Shown: positions 35,965-47,276, counted from the first letter of the stretch. The stretch is DNA of 64,000 bases from Gammaproteobacteria bacterium (GCA_026707445.1 JAPOWV010000011.1:19927-83926), one strand, 5' to 3'. The notes: generated by a model from the sequence alone, not told the origin. Program-made: numbers and translations.

Positions 35965-36768
35965 ATGCGCATTCAATTCTCAAGCGGACTCGTTTTCATT
36001 GCACTTCTTGCGGCGCCCGTTTACGCAACGGCCCAGGTGGAAATCATCGAGCCCCAAGACCGCTCGCCGGGTATCGTCAAGATCGCCCGGGGCACCACCG
36101 AATGCCGGGAGCCGTCCAGGGACAACGCCCGCTGCGCCACCGAATACTGGACCCTGTATTTCCATGCGGACGGCAGCCGCTATATGCACGTGGTCTCCGA
36201 CAACATGCGCTTCGGCCAGGCGCGCCACGCCATGGTCTGGATCGATCCGAAGGGCGACACGCGGGAGGCTTATCTCAACACCTGGACCCAGGACGGCGTG
36301 ATCGGTTCGGCCTATGTGGTGAAGCGGGAAGACAGCGTGGACGTGGCGGCCTCAGACCTCCAGTTCGAGCGGGCCGGCGAAGGCATGATCCGCGAAGAAG
36401 TGAATGCGCTCGCCCGGCTGGACTCCATCGGCGTCGGGCCGGCCTCGGCCGACGGGCTTCATTTCCTCCACTACGACTTCGACGCGCCCGGCAAGCAGCC
36501 TCACGGCATCTACTGGATGGGCGGCACTCTGCACGGGACGATGGTCGGCGTGATCGCCCTGTCCCAATACACATATCTCGGCGAAGAGGAGATCACGATC
36601 GCCGACGGCAAGACCTTTCCGGCCGACAAGTTCGAGATGGTCAGCGGCACGAAGGTGTGGCTGACCAAAGAGGACCGAATCCTGCTGCGCATGGATCTCG
36701 TTTTCGGCGCGGCCTACGGCTCGATTTTCGAAACGGTCAGCCTGGACATCACCGAGGTGGGGTCCTGA
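35965..36768 (+). CDS. Exported hypothetical protein
   Basis: ATG at 35965 (AGGAGG upstream) gives the signal peptide MRIQFSSGLVFIALLAAPVYATAQ. GC returns to the host level. No motif recognised. Confidence 0.6.
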   Translation: MRIQFSSGLVFIALLAAPVYATAQVEIIEPQDRSPGIVKIARGTTECREPSRDNARCATEYWTLYFHADGSRYMHVVSDNMRFGQARHAMVWIDPKGDTREAYLNTWTQDGVIGSAYVVKREDSVDVAASDLQFERAGEGMIREEVNALARLDSIGVGPASADGLHFLHYDFDAPGKQPHGIYWMGGTLHGTMVGVIALSQYTYLGEEEITIADGKTFPADKFEMVSGTKVWLTKEDRILLRMDLVFGAAYGSIFETVSLDITEVGS

Positions 36769-36771
36769 ACC

Positions 36772-37650
36772 ATGGTTTCACGACGGGATGCGACGGCGTT
36801 GATCGCCACCATGGGGTTGGCGCCCGCGGCTCTGCACTGGAGGGAGGCCAGTGCCGGCGAACATGCGCCGGAGTTACCGACGGACCCGGTCGAACAGAAC
36901 GCCGCCAGGGTGCGCATCGTGGGACGCCTCGATGAAGGGGAGAGTTTCTGGCAGGGGGCCAGCCGTATATTCGCCCTGACCGCGGACGGCGTGACGCCGC
37001 TGCTCGAAAACCGCGGCGGCGAGAGGTCCTGGTGGCGGCCCGACGGGCAGGGGACCTGGCGGCGCTACCCGTCGTCGATCAATTTCTTCATCGACCCGGA
37101 CACCGGCGCATTCATCGACTCGTTCGAAAATCCGCTCACAGGCCGGACGGTCCGCCTTGAGCCGGCCCTGCAGCGGCGCCAGGACGGCGAGGTGTTTACC
37201 CCCAGGGGCAGCTACTTTCAGAACAGCAGGGCGCGATTTCCCGAAATGTACGACGACAAGCCGCTGGACCTGGACTGGCGGGTGGACAACGGTTCGATCC
37301 GTCTGTTCGAAATCGAGAAGTTCGCGCCGGTTGCGCCACAGCCCATTTACGAAACCCACACCTACTTCGCTCCGGCCGAGGTGGCGCTGGACGACGGCGC
37401 CGTCCAGTCCCCGGCCGTGCGCGCCGGCTGGTTCGTCGGCAGCTTCAGCCACTGGCTCGACATGGCCGACGTGGAGGGCTACATGGTCTGGCACTTCGAG
37501 AGCACCAAGGTGTTCTCACTGGAAGAACTGGGCGAGGATTACATCGCCCATGCCCGGGCAAGAAACGCCCTTTTCGACGTCTCGCCCGAGTTCGACGAAG
37601 GGCCGGACTATCTCGAAACGGTGGAAAGGCGCCGCAGAACGGAAGACTGA
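36772..37650 (+). CDS. Hypothetical protein with Tat-like signal
   Basis: MVSRRDATALIATMGLAPAAL resembles a twin-arginine signal. Starts 3 nt after the preceding stop. Function unknown. Confidence 0.6.
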   Translation: MVSRRDATALIATMGLAPAALHWREASAGEHAPELPTDPVEQNAARVRIVGRLDEGESFWQGASRIFALTADGVTPLLENRGGERSWWRPDGQGTWRRYPSSINFFIDPDTGAFIDSFENPLTGRTVRLEPALQRRQDGEVFTPRGSYFQNSRARFPEMYDDKPLDLDWRVDNGSIRLFEIEKFAPVAPQPIYETHTYFAPAEVALDDGAVQSPAVRAGWFVGSFSHWLDMADVEGYMVWHFESTKVFSLEELGEDYIAHARARNALFDVSPEFDEGPDYLETVERRRRTED

Positions 37651-37753
37651 CCCGGGCCTGTTTCAACGTGATCGCAACCGTCTTGCGGTTTGCGGCATCC
37701 ATAAGAGCGAAAGAGGCCGTTACGGCCATGACCTGAAGAAGGGAGACCGACCG

Positions 37754-38233
37754 ATGAGGAAGATTCTGATCACGTCCACCGCAGTGTTCCTGGCGCTCGG
37801 CGCCAGCGCCGCCCAGGCCCACGATCCCGCTGCGCAGCGGACGGACTGGCTCGGCGAGAGGCTGGAACTGAATGACGAGCAGAAGGCGCAGGTGAACGAG
37901 ATTTTTGCCGAAGCGCAGGATCAGCGCGAGGCTATCCGGGAGCAGGCCAGGGAAGAGCGCAAGGCCGCCGTTGAGCAACGGCGGGCCCGGTGGCAGCAGG
38001 TCAGGGCGCTCAACGAGTCGACGCGCGAGCGGCTGTCCGCCGTGCTGACCGAAGAACAGAACGCTCAGCTTTCCGACATGCGCGAAGGAATGAAAGAGCG
38101 CGCGATCATGCGGCGCGGCGCTCAGCGAAGAGGCTGGGGGCGCGGCATGGAGCGCAGAAGGGACATGGCCCGGCGCATGATGCGGCATCGCTACAAACAG
38201 GAACAATCCGAAAACCCCGCCGCCGACGAATAG
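37754..38233 (+). CDS. Spy/CpxP-family periplasmic protein (LTxxQ repeats)
   Basis: ATG at 37754 in ORF 37157..38233. Signal peptide MRKILITSTAVFLALGASAAQA. LNDEQKAQV and LTEEQNAQL motifs. Highly charged helical sequence. Confidence 0.65.
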   Translation: MRKILITSTAVFLALGASAAQAHDPAAQRTDWLGERLELNDEQKAQVNEIFAEAQDQREAIREQAREERKAAVEQRRARWQQVRALNESTRERLSAVLTEEQNAQLSDMREGMKERAIMRRGAQRRGWGRGMERRRDMARRMMRHRYKQEQSENPAADE

Positions 38234-38301
38234 ATAGACCCCTCCCTCCCCCCTGAAGCGGCGGGGGATCCCGGGGCCCCATGACGCAGGGGCCCGAGCG
38301 A

Positions 38302-38338
38302 GCGCCGGCGCAGCCAAAGGAACGAGCTGCGCCGGCGC
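38302..38338 (+). terminator. GC-rich hairpin downstream of the Spy-like gene (possible terminator, no U-tract)
   Basis: gcgccggcgcagc (38302-38314) and gctgcgccggcgc (38326-38338) form a perfect 13-bp stem with an 11-nt loop. The downstream sequence is not T-rich. Confidence 0.35.
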
Positions 38339-38405
38339 ATCTCTGTACGGTTGCTTCGCGGGCCGACGATCACCTGACAAGCGCGCACCGGCGTACAATC
38401 GCCGG

Positions 38406-40301
38406 ATGCCCGAAATAACGCTTCCCGACGGCAGCCGCCGCTCCTACGACGAGCCTCCCAGCGTGGCCGACGTGGCCGCCGATATCGGCCCCGGCCTGGC
38501 GCGCGCGGCGCTGGCCGGAAGGGTGGGCGGGGAGCTCGTGGACACCGATTTTCGCATCGAAAACGACGCCGATGTTGCGATCGTGACCGCCCGGGACGCC
38601 GACGGACTGGAAGTGCTGCGCCACTCCACCGCGCACCTGCTGGCGCAGGCCGTCCAGGAGCTTTTCCCCGGCGCCCAGGTCACGATCGGCCCGGTGATCG
38701 AAGACGGCTTCTACTACGATTTTTCCTACGAGCGCGGCTTCACCCCCGAAGACCTCGAGCGCATCGAAAAGCGAATGAAGGAGCTGGCGAAGGCCGACCT
38801 GCCCGTGGCCCGGGAGACCCTGGCCCGCGACGACGCCGTGGAATTCTTCAAGTCCATCGGCGAGCATTACAAGGCCGAGATCATTGCCGGCATTCCCGCG
38901 GACGAAGCCATCACGCTGTACGGCCAGGGCGAATGGAAGGACCTCTGCCGCGGTCCGCATGTGCCCTCCACCGGACATCTCAAGGCCTTCAAGCTGACCC
39001 GCACCGCCGGCGCCTACTGGCGCGGCGATTCGTCCAACGAGCAGTTGCGGCGCATCTACGGCACCGCCTGGGCCGATTCGAAGTCGCTCAAGGCCTACCT
39101 CAAGCGCCTGGAGGAAGCGGCCAAGCGCGACCATCGGCGCATCGGCACCGATCTCGACCTGTTCAGCATCCAGGAGGACGCCGGCGGCGGCCTGGTCTTC
39201 TGGCATCCGAAGGGCGCCCGCATCCGCCGGGTGATCGAGGACTTCTGGCGCGAACGTCACGAGCAGGCCGGCTACGAGCTGCTGTACACGCCCCATATCG
39301 CGCTGGAGGACCTCTGGGACCGCTCCGGACATACCGACTTCTACCGCGAGTCGATGTATTCGCCGGTGGAGGAGGAGGGAAGGGGCTACCAGTTGCGGCC
39401 CATGAACTGCCCGTTTCACATCCTCATCTACCGCAACCGGCTGCGCTCGCACCGCGAGTTGCCGATGCGCTGGGCGGAGCTGGGGACCGTTTACCGGCGC
39501 GAGATGTCCGGCGCGCTGCACGGACTCATGCGGGTGCGCGGCTTCACCCAGGACGACGCCCACGTTTTCTGCACCGAGGACCAGATCACCGAAGAGATTC
39601 TGCGCATCCTGGACCTGGCGCTGGAACTATTCGGGGCCTTCGGTTTCGAGGAACTGAACACCGTGCTGGCGACACGGCCCGAAAAGGCCGTCGGAACGCC
39701 GGAAATCTGGGACCGGGCGACCGCTGCACTGGAATCGGCGCTTAACGAGAGGCAGATGAGCTACGAGGTCGATCCGGGCGGGGGCGCCTTCTACGGACCC
39801 AAGATCGATATCAAGATCCGCGACGCCATCGGGCGCGAGTGGCAGTGCTCGACGGTGCAACTCGACTTCAATCTGCCGGAACGATTCGAGCTGGAGTATG
39901 TCGCCGCCGACGGAGCGCGGCGCAGGCCGATCATGATTCACCGGGCCCTGCTGGGGTCGCTGGAGCGCTTCTTCGGCATCCTGATCGAGCATTACGCGGG
40001 CAAGTTTCCGTTCTGGCTGGCGCCGGTGCAGACGGTCGTGCTGGCCATTACCGAGCGCCAGGAGGCCTATGCCCGACAGGTGCTGAATGCCTTGCAGGAC
40101 GCGGGATTGCGCGCCGATGCTGACTTGAGAAGCGAAACGATAGGCTATAAAATCCGCGACCACACTTTGCAGGGTGTTCCCTACCTCCTGGTGATCGGTG
40201 ATCGTGAGGCCAAGGAGGGCACCGTAGCCGTGCGGTCCCGCGAGGACGGCGATCTCGGCGCCATGTCTCTCGATGATTTCATGGCCAGGACAACGGCTTG
40301 A
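38406..40301 (+). CDS. thrS: Threonine--tRNA ligase
   Basis: 631 aa. TGS-like N-terminus [20 protein letters not shown], class II motifs and conserved operon context. Confidence 0.95.
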   Translation: MPEITLPDGSRRSYDEPPSVADVAADIGPGLARAALAGRVGGELVDTDFRIENDADVAIVTARDADGLEVLRHSTAHLLAQAVQELFPGAQVTIGPVIEDGFYYDFSYERGFTPEDLERIEKRMKELAKADLPVARETLARDDAVEFFKSIGEHYKAEIIAGIPADEAITLYGQGEWKDLCRGPHVPSTGHLKAFKLTRTAGAYWRGDSSNEQLRRIYGTAWADSKSLKAYLKRLEEAAKRDHRRIGTDLDLFSIQEDAGGGLVFWHPKGARIRRVIEDFWRERHEQAGYELLYTPHIALEDLWDRSGHTDFYRESMYSPVEEEGRGYQLRPMNCPFHILIYRNRLRSHRELPMRWAELGTVYRREMSGALHGLMRVRGFTQDDAHVFCTEDQITEEILRILDLALELFGAFGFEELNTVLATRPEKAVGTPEIWDRATAALESALNERQMSYEVDPGGGAFYGPKIDIKIRDAIGREWQCSTVQLDFNLPERFELEYVAADGARRRPIMIHRALLGSLERFFGILIEHYAGKFPFWLAPVQTVVLAITERQEAYARQVLNALQDAGLRADADLRSETIGYKIRDHTLQGVPYLLVIGDREAKEGTVAVRSREDGDLGAMSLDDFMARTTA

Positions 40302-40357
40302 GGATCGGGCGCTCCGCAAGGCATTGATGAGAACTTAGCTGCCCGGAGGATATCAAT

Positions 40358-40879
40358 ATCGCTCAAAAGAAGCGGATTCTTCGCAACGAGGAGATCGAAG
40401 CCTACGAGCTTCGCGTAATCGGCGAGGATTCCAAGCAGATCGGCGTCATGAATCGCGAGGATGCGCTTCGTACCGCCCAGGAGCGAGGTCTCGACCTCGT
40501 TGAAGTGGACCCCAACGCCACCCCTCCCGTTTGCAAGATACTCGACTACGGACGCTACGTATTCGAGCAGAACAAGCGGGCGCACGCGGCAAGGAAGCGG
40601 CAGAAGCAGATTCAGGTCAAGGAGATCAAGCTGCGGCCCGGCACGGACAAGAGTGATTACGACGTCAAGTTGCGCAACGTGTTGCGGTTTCTGGAGCACG
40701 GCGACAAGACCAAGATCACCTTGCGCTTTCGCGGACGGGAAATGGTGCACCAGGACCTGGGCGCGAAGTTGCTGGACCGGGTGCGCGAGGACCTGAGCGA
40801 AGTCGCGCTGGTGGAGCAGGAGCCGAAACTGGAAGGGCGGCAGCTCACGATGGTGATGGCGCCGCGCAAGAAGAATTGA
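40358..40879 (+). CDS. infC: Translation initiation factor IF-3 (non-canonical ATC start inferred)
   Basis: The ORF track begins at an internal ATG (40448). The frame is open from 40331 and encodes the conserved IF-3 N-terminus ([26 protein letters not shown]). ATC at 40358 lies 7 nt after GGAGGA. ATC at 40352 or ATT at 40376 are alternatives. Confidence 0.85.
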   Translation: MAQKKRILRNEEIEAYELRVIGEDSKQIGVMNREDALRTAQERGLDLVEVDPNATPPVCKILDYGRYVFEQNKRAHAARKRQKQIQVKEIKLRPGTDKSDYDVKLRNVLRFLEHGDKTKITLRFRGREMVHQDLGAKLLDRVREDLSEVALVEQEPKLEGRQLTMVMAPRKKN

Positions 40880-40904
40880 GCCGATAGAGAGCCTGAGAGA
40901 CGAT

Positions 40905-41102
40905 ATGCCAAAGCAGAAAACCAATCGCGGCGCGGCCAAGCGCCTGAGGCGCACCGGGGGCGGCTCGTTCAAGCGCGCCCGCTCGCATCTCAACCACATC
41001 CTCACCAAGAAGAGCAGCAAGCGCAAGCGCAAGCTGGGCTCTCCCGCCACGGTAGCGAAAGCGGACGTGGAGAACGCCAAACGGCTTCTCCCCTACGCAT
41101 AA
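40905..41102 (+). CDS. rpmI: 50S ribosomal protein L35
   Basis: 65 aa, [13 protein letters not shown]... and conserved position after infC. Confidence 0.95.
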   Translation: MPKQKTNRGAAKRLRRTGGGSFKRARSHLNHILTKKSSKRKRKLGSPATVAKADVENAKRLLPYA

Positions 41103-41118
41103 GCCGGAGAAATTCACT

Positions 41119-41469
41119 ATGGCCAGGGTCAAACGTGGCGTCACGACGCATGCAAGGCACAAGAAAGTCCTGAAGAAGGCCAAGGGCTACCAGGGTGCGC
41201 GCAGCCGCTCGTACCGGGTGGCGCGCCAGGCCGTCACCAAGGCCGGCCAGTACGCCTACCGGGACCGGCGTCAGCGCAAGCGCAATTTCCGCGCGCTGTG
41301 GATCATGCGCATCAACGCCGCGGCGCGGCAGCACGGCATGTCGTACAGCCGCTTCATGAGCGGATTGCGCAAGGCGGAAATCGAACTGGACCGGAAGGTC
41401 CTGGCCCATATCGCGGTGCACTACCGGGAGGCGTTTGCCGAATTGGCGAAGCGCGCGGCGGCGGCCTGA
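41119..41469 (+). CDS. rplT: 50S ribosomal protein L20
   Basis: 116 aa, [24 protein letters not shown]... Confidence 0.95.
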   Translation: MARVKRGVTTHARHKKVLKKAKGYQGARSRSYRVARQAVTKAGQYAYRDRRQRKRNFRALWIMRINAAARQHGMSYSRFMSGLRKAEIELDRKVLAHIAVHYREAFAELAKRAAAA

Positions 41470-41509
41470 TCCGCTGCTGATGTCCGGATAGCCGTTGGGT
41501 ACGGCCGTC

Positions 41510-42496
41510 ATGGAGGATCTTCAAGACAGGGTGCGCGACGCGCTGGCGGAAATTGAATCCGCCCAGAGGCTTTATCAGTTAGAAGCACTCCGGGTCCGCC
41601 TGCTGGGGCGCAAGGGCGAGATCACCGCGCAACTGAAGGCGCTGGGTTCGCTGCCGGCCGACGAGCGTCCCGCTGCGGGCAAGGCGGTCAACGAAGCCAA
41701 GAACGCGATAAGCGCCGCGATCGCGGCGCGCAAGCAGGCTCTGAGCGACCGCCGGCTTGACGAGGAACTGAGCGGCGGCGGCATCGACGTGACGCTGCCG
41801 GGCCGCGGCATTCCCCCGGGTGCCCGGCATCCGGTCACGCGCACGATACGGAGGATGCGCGACATCCTCATCGGCGCCGGGTTCTCGGCCCGGTCGGGGC
41901 CGGAGGTGGAAGACGAGTTCCACAATTTCACGGCCCTGAACATGCCCGAGAACCATCCGGCCCGGGCCATGCACGACACCTTCTACCTGCCGTCCGGCAT
42001 GCTGCTCAGGACGCACACCTCGCCGGTGCAGATACGGTCGATGCTGGCCGAGGGCGCGCCGCTGAAGATCATTTCCCTGGGGCGCGTGTTCCGGCGCGAC
42101 TCGGACCAGACGCATACGCCGGTTTTCCACCAGGTCGAGGGTCTCGCGGTCGATGAGAACGTGAGCCTGGCGAACCTGAAGTCGCTGCTGCACGAATTCG
42201 CCGAACGCTTCTTCGAGCGCAAGGTCGAGGTGCGGTTCCGCGCGTCGTACTTTCCATTCACCGAGCCGTCCGCGGAAATGGACGTGCGCTGGGGCGACGC
42301 CGGCTGGCTGGAGATCCTGGGCTGCGGAATGGTGCACCCGGAAGTGTTGCGGCACGGCGGCGTGGACCCCGAGCGCTATACGGGTTACGCGTTCGGCATG
42401 GGCGTGGAGCGCATGGCCATGCTGCGCTACGGCGTCGGCGACATCCGCCGCCTGTTCGAGAACGATATCCGGTTCCTGGGACAGTTCGCGCCATGA
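41510..42496 (+). CDS. pheS: Phenylalanine--tRNA ligase alpha subunit
   Basis: ATG at 41510 (the track start at 41495 is a TTG). Class II motifs ([28 protein letters not shown]). Confidence 0.95.
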   Translation: MEDLQDRVRDALAEIESAQRLYQLEALRVRLLGRKGEITAQLKALGSLPADERPAAGKAVNEAKNAISAAIAARKQALSDRRLDEELSGGGIDVTLPGRGIPPGARHPVTRTIRRMRDILIGAGFSARSGPEVEDEFHNFTALNMPENHPARAMHDTFYLPSGMLLRTHTSPVQIRSMLAEGAPLKIISLGRVFRRDSDQTHTPVFHQVEGLAVDENVSLANLKSLLHEFAERFFERKVEVRFRASYFPFTEPSAEMDVRWGDAGWLEILGCGMVHPEVLRHGGVDPERYTGYAFGMGVERMAMLRYGVGDIRRLFENDIRFLGQFAP

Positions 42497-44526
42497 AGAT
42501 CGATACGGCATGGCTGCGCGAGTGGTGCGATCCCGGGGTCGGCGACGAGGCCCTGGCGCACCAGCTCACGATGGCCGGCGTGGAAGTCGACGACCTGGTT
42601 TCCGGTCCCGACGGTTCCGCCGTGTTGGAACTGGCGCTGACGCCCAACCGGGCCGACTGCTTCTCGGTCCGCGGGGTCGCGCGCGAAGTTTCGGCCCTGT
42701 TTTCCGCGCCGCTGGCGGCGCGGGACCTGGCGGAGACGCCGGCGGCCATCGATGCGCGCAGAGAACTGGGGCTGGTCGCGCCGGAGGCCTGCCCGCGTTT
42801 CGCCGGCCGCGTGATCGAGGGCCTCGATCCCGCGGCGGAGACGCCCGAATTCATCAAAAAACGGCTTGCCGCCGCCGGCGAACGGCCGCAGCACCTGCTC
42901 GTGGACGTGACCAACTACGTGATGCTCGAGATGGGCCAGCCGATGCATGCCTACGACCTGGAACGGTTGAACGGCGGCCTGTGCGCCCGCTGGGCGGAGC
43001 CCGGCGAATCGCTGACCCTGCTGGACGGGACCGAACTGAAGCTGGATTCCGAGGTGCTGGTGATCGCCGACGAGAAACACGCGGTCGCCGCCGCCGGGAT
43101 CATGGGCGGGCTCGCCAGCGCAGTGGGCGAGAAGACCTCCGGCGTCCTGCTGGAGTCGGCGTTCTTCGCCCCCGGCGCGGTCGCCGGCAGGGCCCGCAGG
43201 CTGGGGCTGCAGACCGAAGCTTCGCTGCGGTTCGAACGCGGCGTGGACCCGTCGGGCCAGGTCGAGGCCGTCGAGAGGGCGACCGAACTGATCATCGCGG
43301 CTGGCGGCGGAAAGCCGGGGCCGGTGATCGATTCGGTATCGGAGAAAAACCTGCCGCGGCGCGGGGCAATCGGCCTGAGACGCGGGCGGCTGGCCGCGCT
43401 GCTGGGAGTCGCGTTGCCGGACGGGGACGTGACCGCCATGCTGCGGCGGCTCACAATGACTGTGGACGAAAGCGAAGCGGGCTGGCGGGTCACTCCGCCG
43501 TCATTCCGGTTCGACCTGGCCGAGGAGGCGGACCTGGTGGAGGAAATCGCGCGCGTTCACGGCTACGAGAACATTCCCGAAACGCCGGCGAACTGGAGCG
43601 CGCACCCCTCCGCCTCCACCGAGCGGCAGGTCGATCCGGACCGGGTGCGGGCGCTGCTGGTCGATCGCGGTTACTACGAGTGCCTGAACTACAGCTTCCT
43701 CGACGAGGAATCGCACAAACCGTTTCATTCCGGCGAACAGGAACTTGAGCTGGCCAATCCGCTGTCCGGAGAACTCTCGGTGTTGCGCCGGTCGCTGTGG
43801 CCGGGGCTGCTGCGCAACTACCGGACCAATCGCGACCGCGGGACGCCGGACGCCCGCCTGTTTGAAATCGGCGTCTGCTTTTCCGGTGCGCCCGACGACA
43901 TCCGCGAGGAAACCTGGCTGGCCGGTTTGCTGGCCGGGAGCGCGATGCCGGAGCAGTGGGGGGCGCGCCGGCGCGACGCGGACTTTTTCGATGCCCGCGG
44001 CGACGTCGAGGCCATCCTCGCCCTGGACGGTTCGCGGCGCGAGTTTGATTTCCGGGCCGGCGGGCATCCCGCCCTTCGCCCCGGACGTTCGGTCAGGATC
44101 TTACGCGGCAAGGACGAAGCGGGCTGGGTGGGCGAGTTGCATCCGGAGCTTGCCGACGGGAGTCCGGCGCCGCAGCTGTTTGCGCTGCGCCTGGACGCGG
44201 TGCTCGAATCGCGCGCGGCCCGGGTGACCGAGGTTTCCCGCTTCCCCGCCGTGCGCCGCGACCTTTCCCTGGTTGCGCCGCCGTCGGTGCAGGTCGGCGA
44301 CCTGCTCGGCGCCGTCCGCTCCCAGGTCGGCGAATTGCTGCGCGAAGTGATCGTTTTTGACGTTTACGAGGACCGCAAGAGTTTGAACTCTGATGCAAGA
44401 AGCGTGGGTTTAGGCTTGATTTTTCAGTCAATTTCGCGCACACTTACGGACGCGGAAGTGGATCGGGCCGTTGCGGAAGCCGTTTCGCTTCTGGTGGAGA
44501 AGTTTGGGGTCAGCGTTCGGCAATGA
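42493..44526 (+). CDS. pheT: Phenylalanine--tRNA ligase beta subunit (short form lacking the N-proximal OB tRNA-binding domain)
   Basis: 677 aa. It aligns with PheT at [11 protein letters not shown]...LTMAGVEVD and then jumps to [12 protein letters not shown]. The B3/4, B5 and FDX-ACB-like C-terminal regions are present. Confidence 0.9.
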   Translation: MKIDTAWLREWCDPGVGDEALAHQLTMAGVEVDDLVSGPDGSAVLELALTPNRADCFSVRGVAREVSALFSAPLAARDLAETPAAIDARRELGLVAPEACPRFAGRVIEGLDPAAETPEFIKKRLAAAGERPQHLLVDVTNYVMLEMGQPMHAYDLERLNGGLCARWAEPGESLTLLDGTELKLDSEVLVIADEKHAVAAAGIMGGLASAVGEKTSGVLLESAFFAPGAVAGRARRLGLQTEASLRFERGVDPSGQVEAVERATELIIAAGGGKPGPVIDSVSEKNLPRRGAIGLRRGRLAALLGVALPDGDVTAMLRRLTMTVDESEAGWRVTPPSFRFDLAEEADLVEEIARVHGYENIPETPANWSAHPSASTERQVDPDRVRALLVDRGYYECLNYSFLDEESHKPFHSGEQELELANPLSGELSVLRRSLWPGLLRNYRTNRDRGTPDARLFEIGVCFSGAPDDIREETWLAGLLAGSAMPEQWGARRRDADFFDARGDVEAILALDGSRREFDFRAGGHPALRPGRSVRILRGKDEAGWVGELHPELADGSPAPQLFALRLDAVLESRAARVTEVSRFPAVRRDLSLVAPPSVQVGDLLGAVRSQVGELLREVIVFDVYEDRKSLNSDARSVGLGLIFQSISRTLTDAEVDRAVAEAVSLLVEKFGVSVRQ

Positions 44527-44828
44527 AACGAAACATGCTTACCCGGGCCGGGATCGTCAGCTCCCTGCACGCCAATATCGGCATGAGCAAGCAGGAAAGC
44601 GCGATGGTCGTCAACGCGGTGTTCGAGAGCATCAGCGATGCGCTGGTCGAAGGCAACCGCGTGAAGATCTCGGGTTTCGGCAACTTCGACCTGCGCGACA
44701 AGGGCGAGCGGCCGGGGCGCAATCCGCGCACCGGAGAGAGCATTCCGATCAGCGTGCGCAGGGTAGTGACCTTTTCCGCGGGCCAGAAACTGAGGCAACT
44801 GGTGGAAGCGGGTGCTGGACCAGATTGA
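44523..44828 (+). CDS. ihfA: Integration host factor alpha subunit
   Basis: [40 protein letters not shown] is the IHF-alpha signature. ATG at 44523 or 44535. Confidence 0.9.
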   Translation: MKRNMLTRAGIVSSLHANIGMSKQESAMVVNAVFESISDALVEGNRVKISGFGNFDLRDKGERPGRNPRTGESIPISVRRVVTFSAGQKLRQLVEAGAGPD

Positions 44829-45168
44829 CCGGGATCTGAAGCTACCGCCGATTCCGGCGAAACGCCTCTTCACCATCGGCGAGGCCAGCGCGCTTTGCCA
44901 GGTGGAACAGCATGTGCTGCGTTACTGGGAAAAGGAATTTCCGCAACTCAATCCCACCAAGCGCCGCGGCGGGCGCCGCTACTACCAGCCGCAGGACATC
45001 ATGCTGATCCGCCAGATCCGGCATCTGCTGCAGGTTGAAGGCTATACGCTGGCCGGCGCCCGGCAGCGCCTGGAAGGCGAGGATTCGCGCCAGGACCAGA
45101 GCCACATGAAGCAATTCGTTCGCCAGATGCGGGTCGAACTGGAGGAATTGCACCGTTTGCTGCGGTAG
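44812..45168 (+). CDS. MerR family transcriptional regulator
   Basis: [28 protein letters not shown]. Conserved position after ihfA. GTG start overlaps the ihfA end. Confidence 0.8.
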   Translation: MLDQIDRDLKLPPIPAKRLFTIGEASALCQVEQHVLRYWEKEFPQLNPTKRRGGRRYYQPQDIMLIRQIRHLLQVEGYTLAGARQRLEGEDSRQDQSHMKQFVRQMRVELEELHRLLR

Positions 45169-45172
45169 CGCG

Positions 45173-45206
45173 GCCGCCACGCAATTGAACCTGCACCCGG
45201 TCCGGG
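45173..45206. repeat. 34-bp direct repeat, copy 1 (matches the tRNA-Pro upstream region)
   Basis: gccgccacgcaattgaacctgcacccggtccggg compared with copy 2 gccgccacgcgatagaatctgcacccggtccggg (47298-47331), 31/34 identical. Confidence 0.8.
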
Positions 45207-45258
45207 ACATGACCGGGGAGCAACGGATGATTACCGCGCCCGGCTGAGCGCCGGCAGG

Positions 45259-45780
45259 ATGTCTGTCGTCATTCCCATACTGCTCGTGCTTGCCCTGCTG
45301 TGGGTGCTGCTGGCGGTGGTGGCGGTTCAGCCCGAACCGTCCGTCCCCAACTCGTTGCCGCACCCCGACATTGACGGAATGATGGCGGGAAGCGACGGGC
45401 TGGCGCGCCTGGCGGAGATCGGCTTGCCGGCTTTTTCACTGCAGGCGGCAACGCTGATCCTGGTTGTGCTGATGATCGCCCTCGGCGTTTCCAGGCGCTA
45501 TAGGACTTTGCCATTCTGGCTGGGGCTGGCCGCCACGGCCATCCTGTTCCTGTTCGTGTGGTCGCGCATTTTTCTCGGACATCAGCACTTTCTGAGTACG
45601 GGGGAGGTTCACTACGTGCTGGGATTCCCGGCGCCCACGGCGTGGGTGGGCTACGGCATCTGGGCTTCCGGTCTGGCGCTCCTGCTGCTGTACGTCCTGG
45701 GCTTCCGGAAGTTCATCTACACGCACGAAGACGAGGCCGAGTTTGAGCGCCTCGTGCAGGAACTCCCGGACGGCGAGTGA
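45259..45780 (+). CDS. Small integral membrane protein (about 4 TM) coupled to the symporter
   Basis: 173 aa with hydrophobic segments (VVIPILLVLALLWVLLAVVAV and others). Stop overlaps the symporter start. Confidence 0.6.
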   Translation: MSVVIPILLVLALLWVLLAVVAVQPEPSVPNSLPHPDIDGMMAGSDGLARLAEIGLPAFSLQAATLILVVLMIALGVSRRYRTLPFWLGLAATAILFLFVWSRIFLGHQHFLSTGEVHYVLGFPAPTAWVGYGIWASGLALLLLYVLGFRKFIYTHEDEAEFERLVQELPDGE

Positions 45781-47276
45781 TGGAAGCGCTTCGTTCCGAG
45801 ATCATCCTCGGCTTCGTTGCCGCCTACCTGGTGTTCTGTGTCGCCGTGGGGCTATGGGCCATGCGGCGTACGCATTCCGCCGGCGATTTCTTCGTGGCCG
45901 GCCGCAGCCTGGGGCCGTTCGTGGTCGCGATGGCGATTTTTTCCAGCACCCTGAGCGGCTTCGGATTCGTGGGCGGGCCCGGGCTGGTGTACGCGACCGG
46001 CGTCAGTTCGCTGTGGATGGTGGCGGTGTCGGCGATCGGCTACGGGGTCGGCTTCTGGCTGGTGGCCAAGCGCATCCGCATGGTGACCGAGGTTCGCCGC
46101 TGCCTGTCGCTGCCCGACGTCGTCGCGGCCCGCTACAACAGCGAGGGCGCGCGTTTTCTGACCGCGCTGACCATCCTCCTCGGCGTAATGGGTTACCTGG
46201 CTACGCAGATCCTTGCCCTGGCGCTGGTCATGCAATCGATCCTGCAGGGGACCGAGGCCTTCGCCGGCGTCAGCCTGGTCAGCTGCGTCCTGTTCGCCAC
46301 CGCCATCCTGGTCTTCTACAGCGTCACCGGCGGCATCATCGCCTCGGTCTATACGGACCTCGTGCAGGGTGCGGTCATGATCGTGGCCGGCCTGCTGATC
46401 GTCATCGTCGCCGCCAACGTTTTCGACGGCGGCATCGAGCAGGCATCGGCGATTGTCCTGGCGGACAATTCCGAAGCGATGATGCCCTTCGGCACGGCAG
46501 GGATCATTGCCTGTTTGAGCTGGTTCTTCATTTTCGGGTTCGGACTGGCGGGCCAGCCGCACCTCATTACCAAGATGATGATGAACAAGCGGATTTCGGA
46601 TAACCGCACGATCTACCCGATGTCGGTCTTCGGCTACATCATGGCCGCGCTGTTGTGGGTCTCGGTGGGCATCGTAATGCGCGCCGTGGTGCTGGACGGC
46701 GGCCACGATCCGCTGGGGGCGCCGGACGCCGCTGCGCCCGCATTCCTGTCGGCCTTCGCTCACCCCCTGCTGGCGGGCGTGGTGTTTGCCGCCTTGCTCG
46801 CGGCCATCATGTCCACGTCGGACGCGTTTCTGAATATCGGCACCGCGGCGGTCATTCATGACATTCCGATCGCAATCCGGGGCCGGTCGCTGGATCGCGA
46901 GCTTCTCTGGGCGCGCGTATTCACGATCGTGATCGCAGCGGTCGCGGCCGGCTTCGCGCTGTTTTCCTTCTACCAGAACGAGCGTCTCGTTGCGATATTG
47001 GGGGCCTTCGGCTGGAGCACCTTCGCCGCCGCCATCGTTCCGGTCGTCGTCATCGGACTGAACTGGAAGCGGGGCACGGCCCGGGGTGCGGTCGTTGCGG
47101 TGCTTGCCAGCCTCCTGATCAATTTCGGCATCGAGATACTCCCGATCTCGCTGCCGAAGGACATCAACGGCGGCTTTCTCGCCATGCTGACGTCCATCAC
47201 CCTGTTCATCTGCGTATCGCTGCTCGACAAGCGCCCGAAGCACGCTCCGGAGATGGCCAGGATCATGAAGATCTGA
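45777..47276 (+). CDS. Sodium:solute symporter family transporter
   Basis: 499 aa, polytopic. The N-terminal region (GDFFVAGRSLGPFVVAMAIFSSTLSGFGFVGGPGLVY) is typical of the SSF family. Confidence 0.85.
   Translation: MMEALRSEIILGFVAAYLVFCVAVGLWAMRRTHSAGDFFVAGRSLGPFVVAMAIFSSTLSGFGFVGGPGLVYATGVSSLWMVAVSAIGYGVGFWLVAKRIRMVTEVRRCLSLPDVVAARYNSEGARFLTALTILLGVMGYLATQILALALVMQSILQGTEAFAGVSLVSCVLFATAILVFYSVTGGIIASVYTDLVQGAVMIVAGLLIVIVAANVFDGGIEQASAIVLADNSEAMMPFGTAGIIACLSWFFIFGFGLAGQPHLITKMMMNKRISDNRTIYPMSVFGYIMAALLWVSVGIVMRAVVLDGGHDPLGAPDAAAPAFLSAFAHPLLAGVVFAALLAAIMSTSDAFLNIGTAAVIHDIPIAIRGRSLDRELLWARVFTIVIAAVAAGFALFSFYQNERLVAILGAFGWSTFAAAIVPVVVIGLNWKRGTARGAVVAVLASLLINFGIEILPISLPKDINGGFLAMLTSITLFICVSLLDKRPKHAPEMARIMKI

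Noticed and set aside
38374-38399. CTGACA ... TACAAT as a thrS promoter giving a leaderless mRNA
   Set aside because: The spacer is only about 14 nt, and the -10 ends 6 nt before the ATG. This is too uncertain to annotate without TSS data.
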